Virus record (IMG/VR): IMGVR_UViG_3300037350_000041
Location: 1-54,087 of that record
Reading direction: 5' to 3' (one strand)
Source of the DNA: a virus
Taxonomy: Duplodnaviria; Caudoviricetes
Length of the DNA stretch: 54,087 nt
Shown here: one piece after another, positions 37,217 to 45,789 of the stretch
Numbering within the stretch: position 1 is the first letter of the stretch
How the letters are laid out: each line of letters starts with the position of its first letter
The notes under the pieces: model-generated
Seen by the model: only the letters and a program-made list of their open reading frames with translations
Database searches by the model: none
What the model was told of the DNA's origin: nothing
Position numbers and translations under genes: made by a program

Positions 37217-37449
37217 CCGACCGAATGCTCCAGTTCTTCGCGTACGAGCATCTCCCACCGCACCTGCAAGCGATCTCGAAACCGTTCTGCGAGTTGGCGC
37301 GCCTCATCGTCGCGGCGGACGAGATGCCCGAGGGCACGCCGGTCCAATTTCCGCTTCCGAGCAATCCGGAGCGGACGGTGGCGCTTCGCAAGCTGCTCGA
37401 AGCCAAGGACTGCGCGGTGCGCGCGGTTCTCTACAAGGAGCCGGCCTGA
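37213..37449 (+). CDS. Conserved small helical phage protein, Acb2/Tad1-like hairpin (candidate nucleotide sponge)
   Basis: MLQFFAYEHLPPHLQ.ISKPF..LA...LP.NPERTVALRKLLEAKDCAVRA. Confidence 0.55.
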   Translation: MTDRMLQFFAYEHLPPHLQAISKPFCELARLIVAADEMPEGTPVQFPLPSNPERTVALRKLLEAKDCAVRAVLYKEPA

Positions 37450-37592
37450 TGGGACCCATCTTCACCGAGTCCGATCTCCGCTGGCTCAAGTTTCTCGTGG
37501 CGCTCGGGATCGTGGCGCTGGTCGTCGGCGGCTTCGTGCTCGGGCGCGTCGTTCACCTGCCGAGCGTCAGCGTGAATTGGGGTGCGCCGTGA
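37449..37592 (+). CDS. Small single-pass membrane protein
   Basis: MGPIFTESDLRWLKFLVALGIVALVVGGFVLGR..; TGATG coupling, AAGGAG upstream. Confidence 0.6.
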   Translation: MGPIFTESDLRWLKFLVALGIVALVVGGFVLGRVVHLPSVSVNWGAP

Positions 37593-37642
37593 GGTGCGGC
37601 CACATCCTCGACACCGAGGACAGACGCGCGCGGCACGCTTAG
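37589..37642 (+). pseudogene. Probable relic 5' end of the C1 peptidase gene
   Basis: GTGA-coupled 17-codon frame VRCGHILDTEDRRARHA resembles the peptidase start RLGYLHDPSYR; stops at the HNH boundary. Confidence 0.45.
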
Positions 37643-38436
37643 CGACGCCGTGTGATGGGTCGGAGCGGAGTTAGCAATGCTGCCTCCGGAGTCCACCCAG
37701 CGTAGATTCTCTGCCGCGCGGCCTTTAGGTCTATTCCGAAACGTCTAGCCAAAACCGAAAGCGGGGCGGTCTCACCGTTTACCGTGATGACAATCTCAGT
37801 GCATCGAGAGCGATGTCCTCGCTTTTCTGACGGCATGATCGGAGGCTCGCTCAGCGCCCTATCGACGCTCCAGCCGCGTTTGAGTCTCTGCGGTATGGCG
37901 CAAGCGCTGAGGCCAGCGCGCTCGCTGCACTCAGCAAGCGTCAGCGGTCCTGATGATTCGAAGACAACGTTTGCTCTAGTGTTTCTTGCCTGCTCCTTCG
38001 GAGTTGCCCAACGGCAGTTTCCCGGATCATAGTTCCCGTTGTTTTCGATCCTGTCGATCGATGTACCTGGCGGGCGCTCGCCCATGTCAGCCAGGAAGTT
38101 GGCAAACGAGGTGCGCCACCGATCGCAGACGGTGATTCCACGACCACCGTACATGGGCCACCTGTTGCTTTTTCTGTTGCTGCACCTATGGCGCATCGCA
38201 AGCCACACCTTGTACGTCGATCCCTTGCTCATGCCGTGCGTGGCGTTAGCGGCGCCGATCATCTGGCTGGTGGCGCACCCGCACGACTTCGTAAGGCCGC
38301 GTCGAAGATTGCTACCGTTGACGCTCTTCGTTGTCCCGCAGTCGCATCGGCAGATCCATCGTGTACCGGTCGAAGGGTCGGGCTTCTCCGCGATCCAATG
38401 ACCGAATCTGACTCCAGAAATGTCTACACCTAGCAT
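37639..38436 (-). CDS. Free-standing HNH homing endonuclease
   Basis: W.C.CDCG, TKSCGC, YGGRGITVCDRW, SIDRIENNGNYDPGNCRWAT..EQARN; visibly lower GC; antisense to late operon. Confidence 0.92.
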   Translation of the reverse strand: MLGVDISGVRFGHWIAEKPDPSTGTRWICRCDCGTTKSVNGSNLRRGLTKSCGCATSQMIGAANATHGMSKGSTYKVWLAMRHRCSNRKSNRWPMYGGRGITVCDRWRTSFANFLADMGERPPGTSIDRIENNGNYDPGNCRWATPKEQARNTRANVVFESSGPLTLAECSERAGLSACAIPQRLKRGWSVDRALSEPPIMPSEKRGHRSRCTEIVITVNGETAPLSVLARRFGIDLKAARQRIYAGWTPEAALLTPLRPITRRR

Positions 38437-38464
38437 CCAACCTATTTAGTAACGGACCCGTACG

Positions 38465-39226
38465 ATGCAACAGACTCGACTAGGGTATCTGCACGATCCT
38501 TCGTACCGCGGCTCCGGCCCAGCCGCCGGGCTCGTGGTCTCCCATCTCGTCGCGAGCGCACCGGGCACGTACCGGATGCTCGACGCGCCGATCCTCGACC
38601 AAGCCTGGGAAGACTGCACCGGAAACGGCTTCGGCAAAGCCATCGCGGCGGCGTTCGTGCTCCAGCATGGCCTCTCCTACCGACTCGCCGCGCGCCACTG
38701 GCTCTACTGGCACGCGCGCCGGCTCGCCGGGCAGACGGACCAGGACGCTGGCGCCTTCCCGGAGAACATGGTCCAGGCGATCAACGAGGTCGGATTCCCC
38801 GCCGAGGATTTCGATCTCTACGGCGAGCGCGGCGTGTTCGATCCGCCGTCGCTTCTCGCCGACCAGCACGCCTTCGACCAACGCGCGGACGTGAAGCTCC
38901 ACGAGATCACCGGCGGGTGCGATGAGTTGATCTCGCTCATCAAGAGCAATGTGCCGTGCGTCTGGTGCGGTGAGGTCGATCAGCCGTTCATGGACGGACC
39001 GCCCGGCGCGTGGGTCTACCGCGGCCCCGGTAAGGGCGGGCACGCCGTTGCCGTTCTCGGCTGCGTCGCAGACGAACCTGAAATTGATAATTCGTGGTCG
39101 ACGTCGTGGGCCAACGGCGGCCGGTGCGTGATCTCGCGCGAGACGATCAACGACCCGAGCGCGACCCTCAGCATGTGGGCCGTGACCGCGACTCTCCGCG
39201 GGTACTCGGATGGGAGTCCGACGTGA
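38465..39226 (+). CDS. Papain-like (C1) cysteine peptidase
   Basis: DQAWEDCTGN (Gln + Cys), GGHAVAVLG (His), NSWSTSWANGG (Asn). Confidence 0.88.
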   Translation: MQQTRLGYLHDPSYRGSGPAAGLVVSHLVASAPGTYRMLDAPILDQAWEDCTGNGFGKAIAAAFVLQHGLSYRLAARHWLYWHARRLAGQTDQDAGAFPENMVQAINEVGFPAEDFDLYGERGVFDPPSLLADQHAFDQRADVKLHEITGGCDELISLIKSNVPCVWCGEVDQPFMDGPPGAWVYRGPGKGGHAVAVLGCVADEPEIDNSWSTSWANGGRCVISRETINDPSATLSMWAVTATLRGYSDGSPT

Positions 39227-39522
39227 TGACCGATCGATTCTTCTGCACCGCGCGCGCCGTTCTCGTGGGCGTCCTGTCGGCGATCACGATCCTCTCGTGC
39301 TCGTCCATCCTGAACGGGTGCCGATCGACGCCTCCGCCTCCGCCGGACGGTGGAAGCGCGTGCTCGATGGCCTGTCAGCGGCTAGCCGATCTCGGCTGCG
39401 AGGAAGCGAAGCCGACGCCCGCGGGTGTCCCATGCGCCGTGTGGTTGTGCGAGACGCCTTCGGTCAATTCGGCGTGCATCGTCTCTGCCCCGACGTGCTC
39501 GGCGGTGAGGGATTGCAGGTGA
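39226..39522 (+). CDS. Cys-rich secreted protein or lipoprotein
   Basis: Signal peptide with ILSC/LNGC; C..AC.RL..LGC ... C...A.TC..V..C. Confidence 0.75.
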   Translation: MTDRFFCTARAVLVGVLSAITILSCSSILNGCRSTPPPPPDGGSACSMACQRLADLGCEEAKPTPAGVPCAVWLCETPSVNSACIVSAPTCSAVRDCR

Positions 39523-39851
39523 CCATCCTCCGCCCCGTCACGCACGACAACGGATCGCTCTACGGCTACTCATGGTGGTGCCCGGGCTGCGACGAGAGCC
39601 ACCACGTCCCGACAACCGGGCCCAAGGCGTGGAGCTTCGACGGCAACCTGGACGCGCCGACGTTCGGGCCATCAGTCAAGATCACCTGGCGCGGCACCGA
39701 CTACCCCACCGCGGACCATCCGGGGATTCCGGTCGAGACGGTCTGCCACTCGATCATCACCGGCGGTCGAATCCAATTCTGCGGCGACTGCACACACGCG
39801 CTCGCGAATCAGACGGTGCCGATGGTGGTGTTTCCGGAGCCGAGGTCGTGA
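39519..39851 (+). CDS. DUF6527-like Zn-binding protein
   Basis: WCPGC...H.....W.FDGN...PTF.PSV...CHS.I..G.IQF..DCTH.LA.QTV. Confidence 0.8.
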   Translation: MTILRPVTHDNGSLYGYSWWCPGCDESHHVPTTGPKAWSFDGNLDAPTFGPSVKITWRGTDYPTADHPGIPVETVCHSIITGGRIQFCGDCTHALANQTVPMVVFPEPRS

Positions 39852-40432
39852 GCGGCTCACTTCTTCCCATCATCCTCGCGGCGATCCTCCGCTGGCACCC
39901 CGACGCGCCCTCCGCGGACCAGGATCGCTACGCCGAGATCGCCCAAGCGATCGCCGACGAAGCGACCGCCGCGCCGCTCTGGACCGCCGTGGAGCCGTCC
40001 GAAGGCGAAGCCGCGGCCGTGGGTCTCCCGCCGGCCGCGCCGACGGCCACAGCGTTGCTCCTCGCAACGGTGGCGCAGCACGAATCGGGGTTCCTAGAGA
40101 GCGTCAGGCGCTGCAAGAGGCGCGGCGATCAGGGCCGGAGCATCGGCCTGTACCAACTCATGTCTGGACGCGCGTGGCGTGGGCACAGGGCGGCGGACAT
40201 CTGCGCCGACGATCACTTGCAGGCTCGGCTTGCTCTCCAGGTGCTCCAAGGCGCGCGTGCGCAGTGCCGGACCTGTGCTCTCACGTTCGTTTTGCGACAG
40301 TACGCGAGCGGCGACGGTGGCAAGTCGACGCCAGCGGCCACGAGGCTCGCGGCGATGTTCGCGCTCGCCGCTTCGCGCACGGGGCTCGACGTCGCCGTGT
40401 TCTCGCCCGACGCGCCGCCGAGGTGGAATTGA
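39848..40432 (+). CDS. Lytic transglycosylase/lysozyme-fold protein (candidate endolysin)
   Basis: VAQHESGF (catalytic Glu), GD.GRSIGLYQLM; hydrophobic N-terminus. Confidence 0.75.
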   Translation: MSGSLLPIILAAILRWHPDAPSADQDRYAEIAQAIADEATAAPLWTAVEPSEGEAAAVGLPPAAPTATALLLATVAQHESGFLESVRRCKRRGDQGRSIGLYQLMSGRAWRGHRAADICADDHLQARLALQVLQGARAQCRTCALTFVLRQYASGDGGKSTPAATRLAAMFALAASRTGLDVAVFSPDAPPRWN

Positions 40433-40632
40433 GCTCGCCGCCCCGAATCTCTCTCCGCGCGCACGTGAGAGGCAACACCCACGGCGACATCGCCGACGGG
40501 CTCGAGGCGCTCGCGGCGGAGGTGCGTCGCGGGATGCTCCGCTCCAATGCGGGCGCCGCGCGTTGGTCAGCCTCGAGCTGGGCCGAGGTGGACGAGTCGA
40601 TCCCGGTGGTGCCGGAGAGCATCGGAACGTGA
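40429..40632 (+). CDS. Small hypothetical protein
   Basis: TTGA and GTGA coupling at ends. Confidence 0.4.
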   Translation: MSSPPRISLRAHVRGNTHGDIADGLEALAAEVRRGMLRSNAGAARWSASSWAEVDESIPVVPESIGT

Positions 40633-40832
40633 CCACCTCCCGCCCGCCCGCGATCTGCGCCGAGTGCTGCGCGCCCGCCGTGGTCGTGGACGAGCCGCCG
40701 GCGTCGATGCGCGCGATCCCGGATCCGTACTGCGCACGACACACCCCGAAGCGCCCGCCCGAGACCTGGACGCGGATCCGCCTGACCGACAACCGCACCG
40801 AGCACCGAACGAGGAGCAGTGAGCATGAGTGA
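40629..40832 (+). CDS. Small Zn-finger-like protein
   Basis: CAEC...YCARH. Confidence 0.45.
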   Translation: MTTSRPPAICAECCAPAVVVDEPPASMRAIPDPYCARHTPKRPPETWTRIRLTDNRTEHRTRSSEHE

Positions 40833-41478
40833 CACCGACCCGCCTGACACGATGCCTGCGCCTGTGCCGGTGACAACCATTACCGACTTTTTCGCTCGGG
40901 ATCGGGTCGTTGACGCCGCGCGCTCCGCGATCGGTCTGGAGTGGCCGGACCCGAATTACGGTCTCTGGTGCATGCCGCTGGGCTTGTACCCCGACGCCTC
41001 CCGTCAGGGCGACGCGCGGACCCTGTGGACGTGTCTCCAGCACGTGCTCGCTGTGCTTCGGACCGCGGGCGTCACCGCGGCCGAGCTCCAGCGCCACCTC
41101 GACGGAAACGGGGGGATGCTCGCCGGATGGATCGAGGCGATCGGCGAGCGCGCGGGTGCCATCGTCCCGCTCGACGACGCGCTCGAACTCGAGCCGGCGG
41201 ATCTTGTGCTGATCGGCGGACCTGCGGGCGGCGGCGCTCTCCACGGGCTCGTCGTCACGGACCTGGACGGCGAGACGGTCGTCAGCAGTGACGGGGGCCA
41301 GGTCGACCCGCATGACGGATCTCGCCATTGCATCGCCCAGCGCCGCCGCGTCCTCGCTCGCAAGGGCTCCGCATGGTGGCTCTGCGACGTAGACGGCCAG
41401 CACAGCCCCCAGCAGCCCGGCACGGGGCGTGGCGTGTACCGCGTGATCCGCGGCGCCTCCCTCCCGGTCGCCGCGTGA
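40819..41478 (+). CDS. CHAP/NlpC-P60-like amidase (candidate)
   Basis: VV.AARS.IG, TC...V..VL..AG, P.DLVLI, H..VV, DGGQ. Confidence 0.6.
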   Translation: MSMSDTDPPDTMPAPVPVTTITDFFARDRVVDAARSAIGLEWPDPNYGLWCMPLGLYPDASRQGDARTLWTCLQHVLAVLRTAGVTAAELQRHLDGNGGMLAGWIEAIGERAGAIVPLDDALELEPADLVLIGGPAGGGALHGLVVTDLDGETVVSSDGGQVDPHDGSRHCIAQRRRVLARKGSAWWLCDVDGQHSPQQPGTGRGVYRVIRGASLPVAA

Positions 41479-41888
41479 CCTGCCACTGCGACGACCTCCC
41501 CGTCGCGTGCGCCGCCTGCATCCGCCGCTTCATCCACGAAATCGAATTCATCCTCCAGGAGCTCCACATGACCCAGCCCGGTCCGACCGTCGTCGTTACC
41601 CCTGCCGCGCCCTCCCTCTCCGATCTCTTCGCCGGCATCTCGTCCGCCCTCGACGCCGAGCGCACGACCGCCCAGGCGGCCAAGGACGCCTCGGCGCAGG
41701 CATCGACCGCCATCGCGACCGCGCAGGCCGCTCTCCAGACCGCCCAGGACCAGCATGACGCTGCGGTCAAGGCGGCAACCGACAGTGAGGCGGCCACGAT
41801 CGCGGCTGCGGCCAAGGCGCGCGCGGACCTCGATGCGTCGATGGCGGCGCTGCAGGCGTTCGTCGCGGCGGCGGAAGCGGCGCCCTGA
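41475..41888 (+). CDS. Ala-rich coiled-coil protein (alternative start 41568)
   Basis: GTGA-coupled start and in-frame ATG at 41568 with AGGAG. Confidence 0.6.
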   Translation: MTCHCDDLPVACAACIRRFIHEIEFILQELHMTQPGPTVVVTPAAPSLSDLFAGISSALDAERTTAQAAKDASAQASTAIATAQAALQTAQDQHDAAVKAATDSEAATIAAAAKARADLDASMAALQAFVAAAEAAP

Positions 41889-42028
41889 TGCTCACCGTCC
41901 TCCTGCTCCTCGCCGCCGCCGCCTTCGTCCTCACGCTCGTCTCGGCCGCGGGGAAGTGTCCGCTCTGGGTCCCCGTGCTTCTCTGCACCCTCGTGCTCCT
42001 GCTGGAGCGGATGCCGCTGGGGCGGTAG
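41888..42028 (+). CDS. 46-aa two-helix membrane protein
   Basis: MLTVLLLLAAAAFVLTLVSAAGKCPLWVPVLLCTLVLLLERMPLGR; TGATG coupling. Confidence 0.65.
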   Translation: MLTVLLLLAAAAFVLTLVSAAGKCPLWVPVLLCTLVLLLERMPLGR

Positions 42029-42078
42029 CCACCGCGATCTCAAGCCGGCGAACCTGCTCCGGCGCCATGTACGCCGAT

Positions 42079-42110
42079 GCCCCGCGCGCTCACCCGAGCC
42101 GCGGGGCTTT
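42079..42110 (+). terminator. Probable intrinsic terminator at late/early convergence
   Basis: GCCCCGCG-c-GCTC-ACCC-GAGC-CGCGGGGC-TTT. Confidence 0.55.
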
Positions 42111-42231
42111 CGCCGTTTGTCGCGCCGGCGGCGGCACCACGAGCCTCATCATCGCCGCCCCGCCCTCGGTCCTCGCTGCGCATGGATCGCGAGCGGAGGG
42201 CGGGCAACGGAAGGGCGGACGCCGGTCTGTC

Positions 42232-42435
42232 TCAGGCGAGAATGGCGGAGCACGGCGCGGACCGATGCGAATACGCGGCCTCCAACACGCGCACCTCGCG
42301 CATGGTGAGCCGGCGATCGAACGCGAGCCCGCCGGTCGACCACGGCCCATCCGGGAGCGGCCTCGCCTCGACCAGAAGCCGCGCCAGGATCTCGACGTCG
42401 GTCTCGCAGCACGCGCCAGTGTCGATGACCATCAC
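42232..42435 (-). CDS. Hypothetical protein
   Basis: Last coupled ORF of minus-strand operon. Confidence 0.5.
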   Translation of the reverse strand: MMVIDTGACCETDVEILARLLVEARPLPDGPWSTGGLAFDRRLTMREVRVLEAAYSHRSAPCSAILA

Positions 42436-42695
42436 GCCTTCTCCGCCGCATCGGCCATGGCGCGGAGCTTGGCCACAGTCTCGTCGCCGACGAGGCCGTC
42501 GACCATGTCCGCCGCCTCCCGCAGCCCGCGGACGTAGCCGGCGCGGTCACCCACGAGACGAGCCGCGTGGCCCCACGGGCACTCACAGACGGCGCACCCG
42601 CACTCTGGACACGTCGGGTGAACGGGACACTCGGAGTCGCCCTCTTCGTGGGTGCAGACGCAGCCCACGGGGCGCTTGTATTCGACGTCGCTCAT
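42432..42695 (-). CDS. Small Cys-rich protein
   Basis: GCVC......CPVH..CPECG..VCEC. Confidence 0.6.
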   Translation of the reverse strand: MSDVEYKRPVGCVCTHEEGDSECPVHPTCPECGCAVCECPWGHAARLVGDRAGYVRGLREAADMVDGLVGDETVAKLRAMADAAEKA

Positions 42696-43315
42696 CTCCC
42701 AGGCTCCTTCCCGCCGTCTCTCGTCACGAACGCCTCAATCTCGTCCAGCAGCGTCAGGTCACCTCCCGGCGGCTCACACTGCGGTGCGCGAGCGTAGACC
42801 ACCACGCGGGCCAGAAGCGCAGTCGCGACGCCAAGCGGGTCGCGAAACGGTGGCCCCTTCGACGCCTTCCCGATGGCGTCCGGCGTGAGCAGAGCGCGGA
42901 GGCGGCGCGCGTCAGCGGATGCTCGAAGCGCCTCGTCGATGTGGTGCTGTTCGTAGTCGGTTGGCTCGTCGGCTCGCGGCCTGTTGCCCTCCGACTCCGC
43001 AACGTAGCCTCGGTGCGTCGTCGCGGTGTCATCGAACAGCCGCGCCGCTTCCTCGATAGCCTCAGCGCGTTCGGCTCGGAGCGCGGCGGCGATGGCGCCA
43101 CACTCCCGCGACACCTGCTCCCGCACCGTTTCGCGTCGGCCCTGCGACGTGGAGCCGATGGGCGCGATGGCGCTGACGATGCGCTCGGTGAGGGCGTCGG
43201 CCTGCTCATCGAAGCGGTCTCGCTGGCTCGTCGCCATCTCGGGACAGTCTGCAACCTGGCACAGCGTCTTGAACGCACCAACCGCATAGCAGCGCCGACA
43301 ACGACGCGCGCTCAC
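42692..43315 (-). CDS. Hypothetical protein
   Basis: GTGA-coupled start; RAEAIEEAARL motif. Confidence 0.55.
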   Translation of the reverse strand: MSARRCRRCYAVGAFKTLCQVADCPEMATSQRDRFDEQADALTERIVSAIAPIGSTSQGRRETVREQVSRECGAIAAALRAERAEAIEEAARLFDDTATTHRGYVAESEGNRPRADEPTDYEQHHIDEALRASADARRLRALLTPDAIGKASKGPPFRDPLGVATALLARVVVYARAPQCEPPGGDLTLLDEIEAFVTRDGGKEPGR

Positions 43316-43776
43316 GTCTTGCTCCCGAGCAGGGCGCGGAGACTGGACGCAATCGCGGGCCGACCGTCGCTCTCCAGAATCTGACACGCCTGCGCCAGTG
43401 TGGTCCGCAGCGCGTTGCGTTCGATGTCTCCCCGAATCGCCCCCTCCGCATACGCGGCGCATCGCTTCTCTGAATCCGCCAGCGCGGCCCGCAGCGCCTC
43501 GACCTCGGCGTCGCGGGAGGAGGCGCCTGCGGCATGGGCGGCGGTGAGGGCGCGAACCAGTGGACGCTGGAAGCATTGTGCCCGGTACGTCGCGCCGACT
43601 TCGGGACCTTCCTCGATCGCGGTGTGCACAACGGTGTCGCCACCGTTCGGCGATTCGCGCTGTAGGTACACCGCCCATCGATTGGGATCCTCACTCGCGA
43701 CGCGACCGATGAACGGCGCGCACCGAGCCGCGTATACCAGCCGTTCCGCCTCGGCGCGCGGGTCGAAGCCGCTCAC
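43312..43776 (-). CDS. Hypothetical protein
   Basis: Coupled; coiled-coil C-terminus. Confidence 0.6.
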   Translation of the reverse strand: MSGFDPRAEAERLVYAARCAPFIGRVASEDPNRWAVYLQRESPNGGDTVVHTAIEEGPEVGATYRAQCFQRPLVRALTAAHAAGASSRDAEVEALRAALADSEKRCAAYAEGAIRGDIERNALRTTLAQACQILESDGRPAIASSLRALLGSKT

Positions 43777-44015
43777 GGCGTCCCGGCTTTCGGGGTGGCG
43801 TAGTGGAGCGCAATACCCTCTTCCGTGGGCTCCGCGATCACGCCGACGCGCACGAGTCCGAGCGAACGGAGTCGCAAGAAGGTGGGCAGATCGCCGAGGA
43901 GCACACGCGGCGTCTCTGCGTTGCGGCCGCGCTTCACTTGCTTCTCGAATCGAGGCACCAGATCGGCCAGCGCCGCCTGTTCATGCTTCGTGAGAGGGCG
44001 CCGCTTACTTGCCAT
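43773..44015 (-). CDS. Small winged-helix-like protein
   Basis: LTKHEQ.AL...TF.RL.SLGLV......PTEEG. Confidence 0.55.
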   Translation of the reverse strand: MASKRRPLTKHEQAALADLVPRFEKQVKRGRNAETPRVLLGDLPTFLRLRSLGLVRVGVIAEPTEEGIALHYATPKAGTP

Positions 44016-44184
44016 CGCTCTTCTCCGCTTTCGGCAGTCGGCACACGAGCGGGCATGACGGGTCGTGCGTGTAGCGAATGCCGTCCATGCCGTAGTCGCA
44101 GAAGTGGCATCCCGCGGTGTCGCTGGTCCAGTCGAGCGCGGCTTGCAACACAAGCTCGGCGCGTCGTTCACGTGTCGTTGCCAT
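44005..44184 (-). CDS. Small Zn-finger protein
   Basis: CHFC...H.PSCP; GGAGG upstream. Confidence 0.55.
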   Translation of the reverse strand: MATTRERRAELVLQAALDWTSDTAGCHFCDYGMDGIRYTHDPSCPLVCRLPKAEKSDGK

Positions 44185-44731
44185 CTCTCTCCTCCTCCGC
44201 TTTTGTCCCGTCCGCCGCGTCGAGGGCGGCGAGGGCTTCTCCAATCGGATCCGTGAACGTCGGCGCCGTCGTGGTCGTGCACGCGAGCAGACAGGGAGAC
44301 ACCGGCCAGTCACCCTTTGGTGATTTGTCGAAGCTGCCGGCCGTCCATCGGAACGGCTTGTGATGGGTGCGGACCGCCGTCACCACCGCCTCCAGCTTCG
44401 CGATGCGCTCGGCCCCGTCGCGGTTCGCGGCGAGGAGATCGCGCTCGCGGATCGTCAGGAGCACGCGCTCCGTCTCCGCCGCCTCCAGCGCGTCGCAGAG
44501 CGCGGGGACTCCGGCACGAGCCCAGGCGATGAAGGCGGCGTCGGCGAGCACCTGCGGCGATGCGAAGGAAGGCGAGACCGCGATCGTGTCTTCCGTGAAG
44601 GCGCAATGCACGCCGACCTTTTCGTACCGTCCGCCGGGTAGGTGGTGAAACTCATGCCACGGACCGGGCGTCGCCTTCGCCGCCAGCTCGCGGGCCGTGG
44701 CGATGAGGGTGGCGAAACTCTGTTTATACAT
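44168..44731 (-). CDS. Ead/Ea22-like early protein
   Basis: RELAAKATPGPW ... DAAFIA.AR..VPAL.D.LE. Confidence 0.75.
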   Translation of the reverse strand: MYKQSFATLIATARELAAKATPGPWHEFHHLPGGRYEKVGVHCAFTEDTIAVSPSFASPQVLADAAFIAWARAGVPALCDALEAAETERVLLTIRERDLLAANRDGAERIAKLEAVVTAVRTHHKPFRWTAGSFDKSPKGDWPVSPCLLACTTTTAPTFTDPIGEALAALDAADGTKAEEERDGNDT

Positions 44732-45401
44732 GGCACTTCTCCGACTTGACAGGGACTGTCAGGGCCGCATCCATCGTCCACCCGTGCTTGATTCGGTATC
44801 GCACAACAGAAGGCTTGATGCCCATCTCCCTTGCCGCTTGAGCCAGGGGTCGCCGTTCACCCATGAATATGACGAATGTGGTTTTCCTGGTATTGTTACC
44901 CTGTTCGACCCTTGTCGCCCACCGACAGTTGCCTAGTTCATAATTGCCGTCGTTGTCGATGCGATCGATGGAGTGGTCGCGCGACGGGCGATGTCCCATG
45001 TCAGTAATGAATGTGGAGAAAGACTCGCGCCATCGCTGGCAGATCGTTATTCCGCGGGCACCGTACAGCGGGTACGAGCGATCGTTCGGATCGTAACAAC
45101 GTCTCTTAATCCCGCGCCACACGCCATACTCGTTCCCGCGCCAGCCTCCCGATCTCTTTCCTGCGGTGGCCCCATGCTTTGTTCTAATTGCAATGTTGAA
45201 ATCACGAAGCAAGCACCCGCATGACTTCGTCTTACCGCACCTCAGTTGGGAGCCTGTGACCGTTGTGGTTTTCCCGCATACGCATGTACAGACCCAGGCT
45301 CGTCTGTCCTTATGAGGTGCTGCCCGAACCACGGTGAGCCTACCGAACACGAGGCCTATCATTGGGATGGCGTCCCTGTTCGCGTTAGAAACGAGACTCA
45401 C
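44724..45401 (-). CDS. Second HNH homing endonuclease
   Basis: FGRLTV, W.C.C.CG, TKSCGC, YGARGITICQRW, SIDRIDNDGNYE.GNCRWAT..EQ.NN; lower GC. Confidence 0.92.
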   Translation of the reverse strand: MSLVSNANRDAIPMIGLVFGRLTVVRAAPHKDRRAWVCTCVCGKTTTVTGSQLRCGKTKSCGCLLRDFNIAIRTKHGATAGKRSGGWRGNEYGVWRGIKRRCYDPNDRSYPLYGARGITICQRWRESFSTFITDMGHRPSRDHSIDRIDNDGNYELGNCRWATRVEQGNNTRKTTFVIFMGERRPLAQAAREMGIKPSVVRYRIKHGWTMDAALTVPVKSEKCHV

Positions 45402-45568
45402 CTCCGCACCCTCGGCGCCGGCTTCGGCATCGGGGCCGGAGCGAACAGCGCGTCGAGGCGCGGGCGGAGATGCGCCGGGACGAACGTCTCGTGGTCGACA
45501 GGGCGCGGGGCGGCCTTGGGTGGACGGCCGCGCGAGGGGTTGGGATTGAGGTCGTGCAAAATCGTCAT
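45398..45568 (-). CDS. Small hypothetical protein
   Basis: ATGA/GTGA coupling. Confidence 0.4.
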   Translation of the reverse strand: MTILHDLNPNPSRGRPPKAAPRPVDHETFVPAHLRPRLDALFAPAPMPKPAPRVRR

Positions 45569-45789
45569 CGTGCTTCCTTCGGCTTGGGTTGCGTTGTCCA
45601 CACCAACAGATCACGCGCGTTGAACGGCGCGCCGGGGTAGTCGCCCCAGATCGAATCGATCGCGACGCCGCGAGCCTCGGCCCAGGACTCCGCGTGCACC
45701 GTGCCGCTGCAGGTGACCGTGCGCAGGCGCTCCTGGCCGTCGACGAGCACCGGGAGCTCGGCTGCGTAGGTCCAGTGCCAGGTTCTCAT
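45565..45789 (-). CDS. Hypothetical protein
   Basis: Coupled 74-aa ORF. Confidence 0.55.
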   Translation of the reverse strand: MRTWHWTYAAELPVLVDGQERLRTVTCSGTVHAESWAEARGVAIDSIWGDYPGAPFNARDLLVWTTQPKPKEAR

